A DNA stretch of 32,704 nucleotides from Deltaproteobacteria bacterium (lineage in GTDB: Bacteria; Desulfobacterota; SM23-61): positions 1 through 32,704 of the forward strand of contig JAPLIW010000750.1 in the NCBI GenBank assembly GCA_026388915.1. Direction: 5' to 3'. Within the stretch, counting starts at the first letter, position 1. Each line of letters begins with the position of its first letter. Positions 8,499 to 18,998 of this stretch are shown in pieces. A program made the position numbers and the translations under genes. The notes under the pieces were generated by a model. The model was not told where the DNA came from. It saw nothing but the letters and a program-made list of their open reading frames with translations, and ran no database searches.

Positions 8499-8514
8499 TG
8501 TTCCACGTGGAACA
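8499..8514. promoter_or_regulatory. parS: parS centromere site, perfectly palindromic variant TGTTCCACGTGGAACA
   Basis: 15/16 match to the parS consensus and fully self-complementary. It lies 7 nt after the rsmG stop and 168 nt upstream of parA. Confidence 0.8.
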
Positions 8515-8531
8515 CGGATATTTTCGTTTTT

Positions 8532-8603
8532 GGATCATCTCCAAATAAGTTTAGAGCCAAAGAGCTGGTAGATTCGAAATGTCAGGTGATTTGGAGATAA
8601 TCC
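8532..8603. repeat. 15-bp inverted repeat (GGATCATCTCCAAAT / ATTTGGAGATAATCC, 14/15) with a 42-nt loop
   Basis: Read directly from the sequence in the rsmG-parA spacer. A second inverted repeat (GAAATGTCAG 8576-8585 with CTGGACATTTC 8610-8620) competes with it. Confidence 0.6.
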
Positions 8604-8681
8604 TTGTTTCTGGACATTTCACTTTTCTCTTGAAATTTATGGGCTGAATGGGATAAGTAATCGGACTGGAGAAAAACCTTG

Positions 8682-9455
8682 ATGGGACGAATCATCAGCG
8701 TGGCCAACCAAAAAGGGGGCGTGGGAAAGACCACCACTTCGGTGAACCTGTCGGCATCGATGGCGGTGGCCGAGAAGAAAACCCTCCTTATCGATATCGA
8801 CCCCCAGGGAAACGCCACCAGCGGTCTGGGGCTCACCAGAGAGAAACGATCGGGCAAGTCCATCTATCATGCCCTGATTGACCAGGCCAATTTGAAGGAC
8901 CTGATTCAGGACACGGAGCTTGATTTTCTCAAGATCATCCCCTCGGACATGGACCTGATTGGTGCGGAAATAGAGCTGGTTCCCTTCCCGGACCGGGAAG
9001 TCCGATTGAAAAGGGCACTCAAAGAAGTGAAGGAGGCCTTCGATTACCTAATCATCGATTGCCCCCCTTCCCTGGGACTTATCACCGTGAATTCCCTAAC
9101 CGCGTCGGATTCCGTGTTGATTCCTCTCCAGTGCGAGTATTATCCTATGGAAGGACTATCGCAACTTGTTAAAACTATTAGGTTAATTAAAGAAAACCTA
9201 AACCCGGACCTTACTATTGAGGGCATCCTGCTGACCATGGTGGACAAGCGGAATAACCTATCTCACCAGGTCACCGAAGAGGTTCGAAAGCATTTTCCCG
9301 ACCTGGTTTTCAACACCATGATCCCCCGAAACGTTCGCCTGAGCGAATGTCCAAGTTTTGGTAAACCCATCATTTTGTATGATGCCAACTCCCGGGGGGC
9401 GGAGAGCTACCTGGAGTTGGCCAGGGAGATTATCGCTCGCCGCGCGAAGGGCTAA
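8682..9455 (+). CDS. parA: Chromosome partitioning ATPase ParA/Soj
   Basis: Deviant Walker A at the N-terminus (MGRIISVANQKGGVGKTTT), length about 257 aa, followed by parB. The ATG at 8682 is preferred over the TTG at 8679. GGAG lies 10 nt upstream. Confidence 0.93.
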   Translation: MGRIISVANQKGGVGKTTTSVNLSASMAVAEKKTLLIDIDPQGNATSGLGLTREKRSGKSIYHALIDQANLKDLIQDTELDFLKIIPSDMDLIGAEIELVPFPDREVRLKRALKEVKEAFDYLIIDCPPSLGLITVNSLTASDSVLIPLQCEYYPMEGLSQLVKTIRLIKENLNPDLTIEGILLTMVDKRNNLSHQVTEEVRKHFPDLVFNTMIPRNVRLSECPSFGKPIILYDANSRGAESYLELAREIIARRAKG

Positions 9456-9472
9456 AAATATATATTTTTCCT

Positions 9473-9502
9473 TTGACATTTTTCTTTTGTTTATTTTAAA
9501 GT
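9473..9502 (+). promoter_or_regulatory. Weak sigma70-like promoter candidate between parA and parB (TTGACA, 18 nt, TAAAGT)
   Basis: TTGACA at 9473-9478 and TAAAGT at 9497-9502, in the 101-nt AT-rich parA-parB spacer. Motif match only. Confidence 0.25.
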
Positions 9503-9556
9503 GAATCGTCATTCATTTTTGGGAAAAAATTCCCGGCAAAGCATTAGCAAGGATCG

Positions 9557-10408
9557 GTGAATTTGACCGCGCGGCAGGCATTGGGAAAAGGGCTCGGGGC
9601 TTTGATTCCGGAAAAGGGAGTCCCCGAGGGGGAAGGGAAAAAAGCCCTTCAGCAGTGCGGGATCGAGGAAGTTCAGCCCAACCCATTTCAACCCCGGAAG
9701 ACTTTCTCCGACGAACAACTCCAGGAGCTGGTTGATTCCATCCGGGAAAAAGGAATTCTCCAGCCTCTGCTGGTCCGGCGCAAGATCGACGGTTATGAGC
9801 TGATCGCCGGTGAAAGAAGGTGGCGGGCAGCCCAGCGGGCGGGCCTGAGAGAAATCCCCATCCTGGTAAGGGACGTTTCCGACTCGGAGATGCTGGAGCT
9901 TTCCCTCATCGAGAATATCCAGCGAGAGAACCTGAACCCCATCGAGGAGGCCGAAGCCTATAAACGACTGGTGGAGCAATTCCATTTCACCCAGGAAGAG
10001 ATCTCCAAGAAGGTAGGGAAGGACCGGACCACGATTGCCAACACGGTCCGGCTGCTGAGACTCCCGCCGGAAATCAAGCTGAGCCTGGCCGAAGGCAAGA
10101 TCACCATGGGCCATGCGAGAGCTTTCCTCAGCCTCGACGGAGTCGATAAACAGAAGCTTTTATGGAAAAGGTTACTCGCGGGTGGCCTGTCGGTCCGCCA
10201 GACCGAAAGCCTGGTCAAAAGGCTGCGGACCCGAAGTTCCCCCACTCCCCGCCGGTCCAACCCGGAATGGAGCGCGTTGGTCGAAGAACTCCAGCGGGCC
10301 CTGGGCACGAAGGTGCGGATTGTGGGAAAGCGAAAACGGGGGAAGATCGAAATCGATTTCTTTTCCCCCGATGAATTGGACCGAATCATTGAGCTCCTGC
10401 GGAGATAA
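9557..10408 (+). CDS. parB: Chromosome partitioning protein ParB/Spo0J
   Basis: 283 aa, GTG start. N-terminal ALGKGLGALI, ParB box LIAGERRWRAAQRAGL, HTH region and C-terminal dimerisation segment. Confidence 0.93.
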   Translation: MNLTARQALGKGLGALIPEKGVPEGEGKKALQQCGIEEVQPNPFQPRKTFSDEQLQELVDSIREKGILQPLLVRRKIDGYELIAGERRWRAAQRAGLREIPILVRDVSDSEMLELSLIENIQRENLNPIEEAEAYKRLVEQFHFTQEEISKKVGKDRTTIANTVRLLRLPPEIKLSLAEGKITMGHARAFLSLDGVDKQKLLWKRLLAGGLSVRQTESLVKRLRTRSSPTPRRSNPEWSALVEELQRALGTKVRIVGKRKRGKIEIDFFSPDELDRIIELLRR

Positions 10409-10474
10409 AAAGGGAAAGGGGGGACCGACCTGAAAAAGAACCCGCAGAATCCCAGCGAAGAGATCAACGCCCTT

Positions 10475-10816
10475 TTGGGCGGGGGGACGGAATTCGACGG
10501 GAAATTGTCCTTCGAAGGAGCGGTCCGGATCGACGGGAAATTCACCGGCCAGATCCGCGGCGAGGGAATGATCATCGTGGGGGAAAAAGGGAAAGTGCAG
10601 GCCGAAATTGAAACCGGAGTGGTGATGGTCAGGGGAGAAGTTCACGGAATCATCCGCGCGAAAAACCGCATCGAGGCCTATGCTCCGGCGAAAATTTTTG
10701 GAGACCTTCACGCTCCCGTGCTGGTGTTCGGGGAAGGGGTGATCTTTGAGGGAACCTCGCATATGACCGGCGACCTCGAAAAGGAAGACAAGAAAAAGGC
10801 ACCAGGCCCCCCGTAG
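10475..10816 (+). CDS. Bactofilin (polymer-forming cytoskeletal protein, DUF583 family)
   Basis: Beta-helical repeat pattern FDGKLSFEGAVRIDGKFTGQIRGEGMIIVGEKGKVQAEIETGVVMVRGEVHGIIRAKNRIEAYAPAKIFGDLHAPVLVFGEGVIFEGT with a K-rich tail. The track start is TTG 10475. The frame is open back to the parB stop, so a CTG start at 10430 after GGGAAAGGGGGG is possible. Confidence 0.8.
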   Translation: MGGGTEFDGKLSFEGAVRIDGKFTGQIRGEGMIIVGEKGKVQAEIETGVVMVRGEVHGIIRAKNRIEAYAPAKIFGDLHAPVLVFGEGVIFEGTSHMTGDLEKEDKKKAPGPP

Positions 10817-10937
10817 GAAAAAATTTTTCATGGCCCCAGGGTAAAAATTCATTGGCTTTCGTTTCGGTCATGGGCCATTTAGATTTTGAATAGATTTGGG
10901 CCTTGGAATTCGGAATTTGGTCCCAGGAGATTATTAG

Positions 10938-11366
10938 ATGATCGAGCTCAACTTCACGGTTATTTTTCAGCTGGCCATCGTGTTGATCCTCATGGTTGCC
11001 TTGAGCGGCATAGTCTTCAAACCTTTTCTGCGCGTTCTTCAGGAAAGAAGAGACTGGGTCGAGGGAGCCGAGAAGAAAGCCCGAGAACTCCAGCAGCGCA
11101 CCGAGGAATTGATGGAGCGACACCGGGATTCCATGAGTACGGCCCAGGCCCAGGGGGCCTCGGTCCGGGAAGAGATCCGCAAGGAAGGATTGGCCCGGGA
11201 AGCGGAGATCCTGCAAAAAGCGATGGAAGAAGCCAATCGCTTCCTGGAAGAGATGAAGGGAAAAATCCAGGAGGAAAGCCAGGCCGCCCGGGCCGGCCTG
11301 AGGCTTCAAGCCCGGAATCTCTCCCGTGAGATCGCGGCCAAAATGCTGGGGAGGAGTATTCAGTGA
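10938..11366 (+). CDS. atpF2: F0F1 ATP synthase subunit b'
   Basis: 142 aa with a single N-terminal TM helix (FQLAIVLILMVALSGIVF), then a long charged helix. It is first of two tandem b-type genes ahead of delta. AGGAGA lies upstream of the ATG. Confidence 0.8.
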   Translation: MIELNFTVIFQLAIVLILMVALSGIVFKPFLRVLQERRDWVEGAEKKARELQQRTEELMERHRDSMSTAQAQGASVREEIRKEGLAREAEILQKAMEEANRFLEEMKGKIQEESQAARAGLRLQARNLSREIAAKMLGRSIQ

Positions 11367-11935
11367 AAAAATTCGCCCGCTGGTTGGGTTGGAGCCAAGG
11401 GCTTCAAATATTGGTTACCGAAAATCTCTGGGCCTCCGGGGACGGGCGCGGGGGCGGGTTCTCCATCGAAGTGATCTGGCAGATCATTGCTTTCGCCTTT
11501 CTTTTGTTTTTCCTGGCCAAGATGCTGAAGAAGCCCCTGGGTTCTTTCCTGGTAAAAAGGAAAGAAGGTATCCGCAGCTCTCTGGATCAGGCCTCCCAAA
11601 AAAAGAGTGAGGCGCAAAAGCTGCTGGGGGAGTGGGAGAAGAAACTCGAATCCCTGAGCGGGGAGATCCGTGACCTTCATGAGACGATTCGCCAGGAAGG
11701 CGAAGAAGAACGGAAGAGGATCGTGGAGAGGGCGCAGGAAGAAGGAGAGCGGGTCCGGAAACAGACTCAGATCATCGCCGAGCATGAAGTGAAGAAAGCC
11801 CGGGTGGCGTTGAAGAAGGAAATGGTAGACCTTTCCCTCGAGCTGGCCGAAAAACTCCTGAAGGAAGCCATTCAACCTCAGGACCAGGAGAGGCTGGTCC
11901 GCGAGTATATCGGGAAGCTGAAGGAGATCCGGTGA
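11363..11935 (+). CDS. atpF: F0F1 ATP synthase subunit b
   Basis: 190 aa. The GTG start overlaps the previous stop (GTGA). One TM helix (VIWQIIAFAFLLFFLA), then a charged coiled helix. Confidence 0.8.
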   Translation: MKKFARWLGWSQGLQILVTENLWASGDGRGGGFSIEVIWQIIAFAFLLFFLAKMLKKPLGSFLVKRKEGIRSSLDQASQKKSEAQKLLGEWEKKLESLSGEIRDLHETIRQEGEEERKRIVERAQEEGERVRKQTQIIAEHEVKKARVALKKEMVDLSLELAEKLLKEAIQPQDQERLVREYIGKLKEIR

Positions 11936-12474
11936 TCAGCCTAACCATCGCGCGGAAATATGCCAAGGCCCTGCTGGAGATCGGCCGGCAAGAGAAGAAT
12001 CACGAAGTCCTGGGAAGGGATCTGGAAAGGCTGGCCGGACTTTTTCAAGAAAACAAGGAGCTGAGGGTGGTTCTCTTCAGCCCTTTCTACCCCGCTCCCC
12101 GGAGGAAGGCGATCGCCAGGAGCGTGGGGGAATTGCTGGGCTTAGCCAAAACGACCCTCGATTTTCTGGATCTGCTCATCGAACGAGACCGGATGGACCA
12201 TTTTCCCGCGATGGTCAAGTCCTATGAAGGTCTCGCCGATGAAGTTTCCAATCGCCTCCGGGCGTCGCTGATTTCCGCGGAGAAGCTCCCCTCTCCGCTC
12301 GTGGGGGAGATCAAAGCGCAACTGGAATTTTCCACCGGCAAAGAAGTGATCCTCTCCACCCGGGAGAATTCTTCGCTCATCGGGGGGGGCATAACCAAAA
12401 TCGGAAACGTCATTTATGATGGAAGCCTCAAAACCCAGCTTTTGAAGGCGAAAGAGAACCTATACAAGGAGTGA
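11932..12474 (+). CDS. atpH: F0F1 ATP synthase subunit delta (OSCP)
   Basis: 180 aa, GTGA overlap with atpF. IARKYAKALLEIG N-terminus and GGGITKIGNVIYDGSLKTQL C-terminus typical of delta/OSCP. Confidence 0.88.
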   Translation: MISLTIARKYAKALLEIGRQEKNHEVLGRDLERLAGLFQENKELRVVLFSPFYPAPRRKAIARSVGELLGLAKTTLDFLDLLIERDRMDHFPAMVKSYEGLADEVSNRLRASLISAEKLPSPLVGEIKAQLEFSTGKEVILSTRENSSLIGGGITKIGNVIYDGSLKTQLLKAKENLYKE

Positions 12475-12480
12475 GCCAAG

Positions 12481-13998
12481 ATGGCCGTACAGATTAAAGC
12501 CGACGAAATTACCGCGATCATCCGCAGTCAAATTCAGGGATTCGACCGGAAGCTAGATGTGGCCGAAACCGGGGTCATCCTGTCCGTGGGAGACGGGATC
12601 GCGCGAATCTATGGCCTGGACCGGGTCATGGCCGGGGAACTTCTGGAATTTCCCCACGGCGTCTTCGGCATGGCTTTGAACCTGGAGCAGGACAACGTGG
12701 GGGCGGTCCTCTTCGGCGAGGGCGAGTTGATCAAGGAAGGGGATACGGTCAAGCGGACGAACCGCATCTCCTCGGTCCCCGTAGGGGAGGAGCTCATCGG
12801 GCGGGTGGTGAACTCCCTGGGCCAGCCCATCGATGAGGGGCCGCCGGTGGAAGCCAAAAATTTTCGTAGCATTGAACAGAAGGCCCCGGGAATCGTGGTC
12901 CGCCAGCCGGTGAAAGAGCCGATCCAGACCGGCTTGAAAGCCGTTGATTCCATGATCCCCATCGGCCGGGGACAGCGGGAATTGATCATCGGAGACCGGG
13001 GAACCGGGAAAACGGCCCTGGCCATCGATGCGATCATCAACCAAAAAGGGGCTGGGGTGTACTGTTTCTACGTAGCCATCGGCCAGAAGCGTTCCACGGT
13101 CGCCCGAGTGGTGGACGTTTTTCGAAAATACGGGGCCATGGAATACACGACGGTGGTGGCCGCCACGGCCTCCGACCCAGCTCCCATGCAGTACATCGCT
13201 CCCTATTGCGGCTGCGCCATGGGAGAGTATTTCCGGGATTCGGGAAGACATGCCCTTTGCATCTATGACGACCTTTCCAAACATGCCACCGCCTACCGGC
13301 AAATCTCCCTTCTCCTCCGTCGCCCCCCCGGACGGGAAGCCTTTCCCGGGGACATCTTTTACCTGCACTCCCGCCTGCTGGAGAGAGCGGCGAAGATGCG
13401 CGACGACCTGGGCGGGGGGTCCCTCACCGCTCTGCCCATCATTGAGACTCAGGCCGGCGACGTCTCCGCCTACATTCCCACGAATGTCATCTCCATTACC
13501 GATGGACAGATTTACCTGGAGTCGGAACTCTTCTATTCCGGAGTCCGGCCGGCCATCAACGTGGGACTTTCGGTCTCCCGCGTGGGGGGCAACGCCCAGA
13601 TCAAGGCCATGAAACAGGTAGCCGGAAGCCTCCGCCTGGATCTGGCCCAGTACCGCGAGATGGCCGCCTTTGCCCAGTTCGGCAGTGACCTGGACAAGGC
13701 CACCCAGGCCCAGCTGGCCCGCGGAAGCCGGCTGGTGGAGATTCTCAAACAGCCCCAATACCGACCGCTCCCGGTGGAAAAACAGGTCCTGATCATCTTT
13801 GCTGGCACGAACGGATTCCTGGAAATGTATCCGGAGAGCGCTCTCCAGCGGTACGAGGCGGAGCTCTACGAATTCGTGGAAAAGAAGTCTTCCGAGATAT
13901 TGAGAGAAATCCGGGAAAAGAAGACCATCGACGCGGAATTGGAGAAGAAGGTGAAGACCCTTCTGGAAGAGTTCAAAGGGAAATTCAAGGCGGAGTAA
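12481..13998 (+). CDS. atpA: F0F1 ATP synthase subunit alpha
   Basis: 505 aa with Walker [10 protein letters not shown] and full-length alpha-subunit resemblance. Confidence 0.97.
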   Translation: MAVQIKADEITAIIRSQIQGFDRKLDVAETGVILSVGDGIARIYGLDRVMAGELLEFPHGVFGMALNLEQDNVGAVLFGEGELIKEGDTVKRTNRISSVPVGEELIGRVVNSLGQPIDEGPPVEAKNFRSIEQKAPGIVVRQPVKEPIQTGLKAVDSMIPIGRGQRELIIGDRGTGKTALAIDAIINQKGAGVYCFYVAIGQKRSTVARVVDVFRKYGAMEYTTVVAATASDPAPMQYIAPYCGCAMGEYFRDSGRHALCIYDDLSKHATAYRQISLLLRRPPGREAFPGDIFYLHSRLLERAAKMRDDLGGGSLTALPIIETQAGDVSAYIPTNVISITDGQIYLESELFYSGVRPAINVGLSVSRVGGNAQIKAMKQVAGSLRLDLAQYREMAAFAQFGSDLDKATQAQLARGSRLVEILKQPQYRPLPVEKQVLIIFAGTNGFLEMYPESALQRYEAELYEFVEKKSSEILREIREKKTIDAELEKKVKTLLEEFKGKFKAE

Positions 13999-14004
13999 GC
14001 AGCC

Positions 14005-14892
14005 ATGCCCAAAGAAAGCCTGCGGGACATTCGAAAGCGGATCGCCAGCGTTCGGTCCACCCAACAGATCACCAAGGCCATGAAGATGGTGGCCACGGCA
14101 AAACTGCGACGGGCTCAGGAGAACATCCTGGCCACCCGTCCTTATGCCACCAAGATGTTCGAAGTTCTTAGCAGCCTAGCCGCAAGGACCTCGCCCGAGG
14201 CCCATCCGCTGTTATACCGGAGGGAACCGAAACGGGTGGAAGTTGTGGTCTTTACCTCGGACCGGGGCCTCTGCGGGGCTTTCAACATGAACCTCATCCA
14301 GCGAGCGGAGAAATTCCTGGAGGAAGAAAAGACCCGGACCGAAGAACTGGCCTTATCCTTCATCGGACGCAAGGGCCGCGATTACTTCCGCAAAAGAAAC
14401 GTAAAAATGCGGCGGGAATACGTTAACCTTTTTGGAAAGGTGGATTTTCCCCTGGCGGCCCGCATCGGGGAGGACCTGGTCCAATCCTATATCGCCGAGC
14501 AGGTGGATGCCATTTACCTGCTCTACAGTGAATTTCGGTCGGCCATTCAGCAGCGGATCGTCCTGGAGAAGATTCTTCCGGTAACCCCCAAAAAAGCCGC
14601 GGAAGGGGAGGAAGCGCCCAAAGGACCGACGGCCGTAGAATATATCTATGAACCCTCCGAGGTGGAGATCCTGGGAAAAATTCTGCCCATGTACGTAGAG
14701 GTACAAATATACCGGGCCCTTCTGGAATCCGTGGCCTCCGAGTTCGGGGCCCGGATGACGGCCATGGAGAATGCCACCAACAATGCCCGGGATATGATTG
14801 AAAAGCTGACCCTGGTGTACAACAAAGCCCGCCAGGCCTCCATCACCAAAGAGCTGATCGAGATCGTCAGCGGGGCCGAGGCTTTGAAGTAA
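14005..14892 (+). CDS. atpG: F0F1 ATP synthase subunit gamma
   Basis: 295 aa. N-terminus LRDIRKRIASVRSTQQITKAMKMVATAKLRRAQ and C-terminus ARQASITKELIEIVSGAEAL. Confidence 0.95.
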   Translation: MPKESLRDIRKRIASVRSTQQITKAMKMVATAKLRRAQENILATRPYATKMFEVLSSLAARTSPEAHPLLYRREPKRVEVVVFTSDRGLCGAFNMNLIQRAEKFLEEEKTRTEELALSFIGRKGRDYFRKRNVKMRREYVNLFGKVDFPLAARIGEDLVQSYIAEQVDAIYLLYSEFRSAIQQRIVLEKILPVTPKKAAEGEEAPKGPTAVEYIYEPSEVEILGKILPMYVEVQIYRALLESVASEFGARMTAMENATNNARDMIEKLTLVYNKARQASITKELIEIVSGAEALK

Positions 14893-14904
14893 AAACAATT
14901 GAAC

Positions 14905-14931
14905 CGCAGAGCACGCAGAGGGCGCAGAGGA
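14905..14931 (+). repeat. Nonamer-array arm, forward (CGCAGAGCA CGCAGAGGG CGCAGAGGA)
   Basis: Three head-to-tail 9-bp units CGCAGAGNN, starting 13 nt after the atpG stop. Confidence 0.8.
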
Positions 14932-15003
14932 TTTAAACAGTCAAAAGTCAATCATCAAGGGCATAGAGCCTTGCGCCATTCTTAGGGGAAGCAGACGAAT
15001 TAA

Positions 15004-16491
<1,488 letters not shown>

Positions 16492-16502
16492 AGGAAACGG
16501 GC

Positions 16503-16919
16503 GTGGATAAGACTTTCCTGCTAGAGGTTGTTACTCCTCACGGCCTGGTGGTCAGCTCCAAAGTGGAGGAGGTTTACGTCCCGGGGAGCCAGGGAGATTT
16601 CGACGTTCTTCCGGGACACGCTCCGCTGCTCACCTCTCTAAGAATTGGGGAACTCCACTATAAACTGGATAAGGGGGTCCATTACCTGGCGGTCAACCGA
16701 GGGTTTGCCGAGGTCACTCCGGCCCGGATCACCATCCTGGTGGATACGGCCGAGTCCGCCGGAGACATCGATGTGGACCGGGCCCGGGCGGCGAACGCCC
16801 GGGCGGAGGAAAAACTGAAGACCCTGACTCCCAAAGACCCTGCCTATCCGCAGGAACTGGAAGCCCTGGAGCGGGCCAAGGTTCGACTCCGGGTTGTGGA
16901 GAGGGCTGCCCGAGAATAG
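16503..16919 (+). CDS. atpC: F0F1 ATP synthase subunit epsilon
   Basis: 138 aa, GTG start. FLLEVVTPHGLV...GDFDVLPGHAPLLT beta-sandwich followed by a helical hairpin. Confidence 0.92.
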   Translation: MDKTFLLEVVTPHGLVVSSKVEEVYVPGSQGDFDVLPGHAPLLTSLRIGELHYKLDKGVHYLAVNRGFAEVTPARITILVDTAESAGDIDVDRARAANARAEEKLKTLTPKDPAYPQELEALERAKVRLRVVERAARE

Positions 16920-17009
16920 GATTCATCCTGGGGGTTGCTGTCTAAATCCCCGCGGGCGCCCGTCTGCGGGAAGGGTTCGCGGCCGCCGGATTCAACATTC
17001 TGCAAAAGC

Positions 17010-17948
17010 ATGGCCAAATGGTTTAAGATCGGGGTGGCTCTGGGAGGGGGGGGAGCCAGAGGGCTAGCTCATCTGGGGGTCCTCTGCGCCCTGGAGCAGG
17101 CGAAGATCCCCATCGATCTCCTGGCCGGCACATCCATGGGAGCCCTGGTGGGTGCGGCATACGCCTTGACTCCCCAGTGTTATTTTGTGGCCGAAAGGTT
17201 CGCGCGCTACCTGGAGAGTAAAGAGTTTCAGAAGACCAATCCGGATTTTCTCCGCGAGCCCGACCAGGAAACAAAACCGACCTTTACGGGAATTTTCCAC
17301 CGCTTTGCCACCTTCATCAAGAAAGGGGTCTTCTACACCCAGTCCTTGACCCGACAAGCCCCGATCTCGGAAGAGGATTTCATCCAGAACATCAATTTTT
17401 TACTCGACCCGGTTAACATGGAAACAACGGCGATCCCCCTGGCCGTGGTGGCCCTGGATCTGAAGACCGGCGAAGAAGTGGTGTTGAGGGAAGGGGCGCT
17501 GCAGAAGGCGGTGAGTGCCAGTTGCGCCATCCCCGGGATCCTTCCCCCGGTGATCATGGGGGATAAATGTCTGGTGGACGGCGGCTGGATCAACCGCGTT
17601 CCGGTCGGCCCGCTGCGCAAGATGGGGGCGGATTTAACCATTGCCGTGGATGTGGCCGAAGGGATCAACGAATCTCTGGATTTTGACACGGGACTGGATA
17701 TCGTCCTTCGGACCTACGACATCACCCAAAGCAGCCTGAGTCAATTGCAGTTGAAAGAGGCGGATATCGTGATCCGCCCGTCCCTGGCAGGGATTCGCTG
17801 GGCGGATTTTCACCGTTTCGAAGAGTGCCTGAAAGCCGGTGAGGAAGCAGCAGGAGAAAGATTGGACGAAATCCGGAGCCTCACCCGGAGAAAAAAAATG
17901 AAAAAAGCTCTTTCCTTCCGCGGCTGCCTGTCCGCTTCCCGATCCTGA
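17010..17948 (+). CDS. Patatin-like phospholipase family protein
   Basis: GxGxxG oxyanion motif GGGGARG, GxSxG nucleophile GTSMG and the catalytic Asp motif VDGG. The ATG at 17010 (MAKWFKIGVALGGGG) is preferred over the upstream track start at 16935. Confidence 0.88.
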   Translation: MAKWFKIGVALGGGGARGLAHLGVLCALEQAKIPIDLLAGTSMGALVGAAYALTPQCYFVAERFARYLESKEFQKTNPDFLREPDQETKPTFTGIFHRFATFIKKGVFYTQSLTRQAPISEEDFIQNINFLLDPVNMETTAIPLAVVALDLKTGEEVVLREGALQKAVSASCAIPGILPPVIMGDKCLVDGGWINRVPVGPLRKMGADLTIAVDVAEGINESLDFDTGLDIVLRTYDITQSSLSQLQLKEADIVIRPSLAGIRWADFHRFEECLKAGEEAAGERLDEIRSLTRRKKMKKALSFRGCLSASRS

Positions 17949-17952
17949 AAGA

Positions 17953-18912
17953 ATGAATTCCATCGCCACCTTCCGGGTTCATCCCCAGGATTCCGCCAAG
18001 CGATTGGATGTCTTTCTCTCCGAGAGGGACCCGGCCCTTTCCCGATCCCGGATCAAACGGCTCATTGAAATGGGCAAAGTCCAGGTCGGGGGACGGAAGG
18101 CCAAGGCAGGCTTGAGGCTCCGGGAGAACGATGAGGTGACCCTCACCCTCCCTGAGGTGCAGAGGCTGGAAGTCCAGGCGGAGGCCATTCCCCTGAAAGT
18201 TCTCTACGAAGACCTTCACCTGATCGTGGTGGACAAGCCCGCGGGCATGGTGGTCCATCCGGGAGCGGGGAACGATTCAGGGACCCTGGTCAATGCCCTT
18301 CTCCATCGCTGTCCGGACCTGGCGGGCATCGGCGGAGTTCTCCGGCCGGGGATTGTGCATCGCCTGGACAAAGATACGTCCGGTGTTCTGGTGGTGGCCA
18401 AAGACGACCTGGCCCACCGGTTCCTGTCGGAACAATTCAAGAAGCACACCGCGAAAAGAGAATATAAGGGCATCGTCTTCGGCCAGCTGCCGGATGAGGG
18501 GCGGGTGGACGCCCGTATCGGGAGGCACCCGGCCCACCGGAAGAAGATGTCGGCGCGCCCCCGAAAAGGGAGGGAAGCCCGGACCTACTGGAGGGTCCTG
18601 GAACGCTTCCGGTCTTTTAACCTGGCGGAGTTCCGCCTGGAGACGGGACGGACCCATCAAATCCGCGTTCACCTCTCTTCCATCGGGCATCCGATCCTGG
18701 GCGACCCCCTGTACGGCGGGCGGAAGAGGCTGGCCTCCATTGAACCTTTACCCCTCCGGCAGGGGCTTCAGAAAATGTGGCGCCAAGCCCTACATGCGGC
18801 CACTCTCGGTTTCGTTCACCCCACTACGGGAGAAACCCTGGAGTTTTCTTCACCCCTCCCCGGGGATCTGGCAGAAGCCATCGTCCTTCTTAGAAAGATG
18901 GACAAGGAATGA
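17953..18912 (+). CDS. rluD: 23S rRNA pseudouridine synthase, RluD/RluA family
   Basis: 319 aa. N-terminal S4 domain (RLDVFLSE...SRSRIKRLI) and catalytic HRLDKDTSGVLVVAK motif. Confidence 0.92.
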   Translation: MNSIATFRVHPQDSAKRLDVFLSERDPALSRSRIKRLIEMGKVQVGGRKAKAGLRLRENDEVTLTLPEVQRLEVQAEAIPLKVLYEDLHLIVVDKPAGMVVHPGAGNDSGTLVNALLHRCPDLAGIGGVLRPGIVHRLDKDTSGVLVVAKDDLAHRFLSEQFKKHTAKREYKGIVFGQLPDEGRVDARIGRHPAHRKKMSARPRKGREARTYWRVLERFRSFNLAEFRLETGRTHQIRVHLSSIGHPILGDPLYGGRKRLASIEPLPLRQGLQKMWRQALHAATLGFVHPTTGETLEFSSPLPGDLAEAIVLLRKMDKE

Positions 18913-18998
18913 CCCATGGGGGTTGTGGGATTAAAGGATTGACCGCCCAGTGGAACTTCGTAATTTCCATCCGCTGGGGGAGGAGATAAGAGCTGGTA

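Noticed and set aside
10406-10432. ParB-bactofilin fusion by read-through of the in-frame TAA.
   Set aside because: TAA is a strong stop and there is no known read-through context. ParB ends at its normal length. A CTG or TTG start for a separate bactofilin is more economical. The shared frame is noted in the findings but not called as a fusion.
12553-14064. Very long ORFs antisense to real genes: 12553-14064 opposite atpA, 15022-16410 opposite atpD, 5668-6780 opposite mnmG, 20106-21041 opposite rho, 22986-23924 opposite prfA, 25713-26621 opposite murA/hisD, and 1900-3045 opposite the AMP-ligase.
   Set aside because: Their translations are low-complexity (G/P/R/H/D-rich) with no recognisable motifs. 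The opposite strand in each case encodes a full-length, motif-bearing conserved protein. These are typical shadow ORFs in GC-biased coding sequence.
16880-16890. A GGTTCGACTCC word resembling a tRNA T-arm.
   Set aside because: It lies inside the well-supported atpC reading frame. No acceptor or anticodon stems can be built around it. No tRNA or rRNA gene was recognised anywhere in the window.
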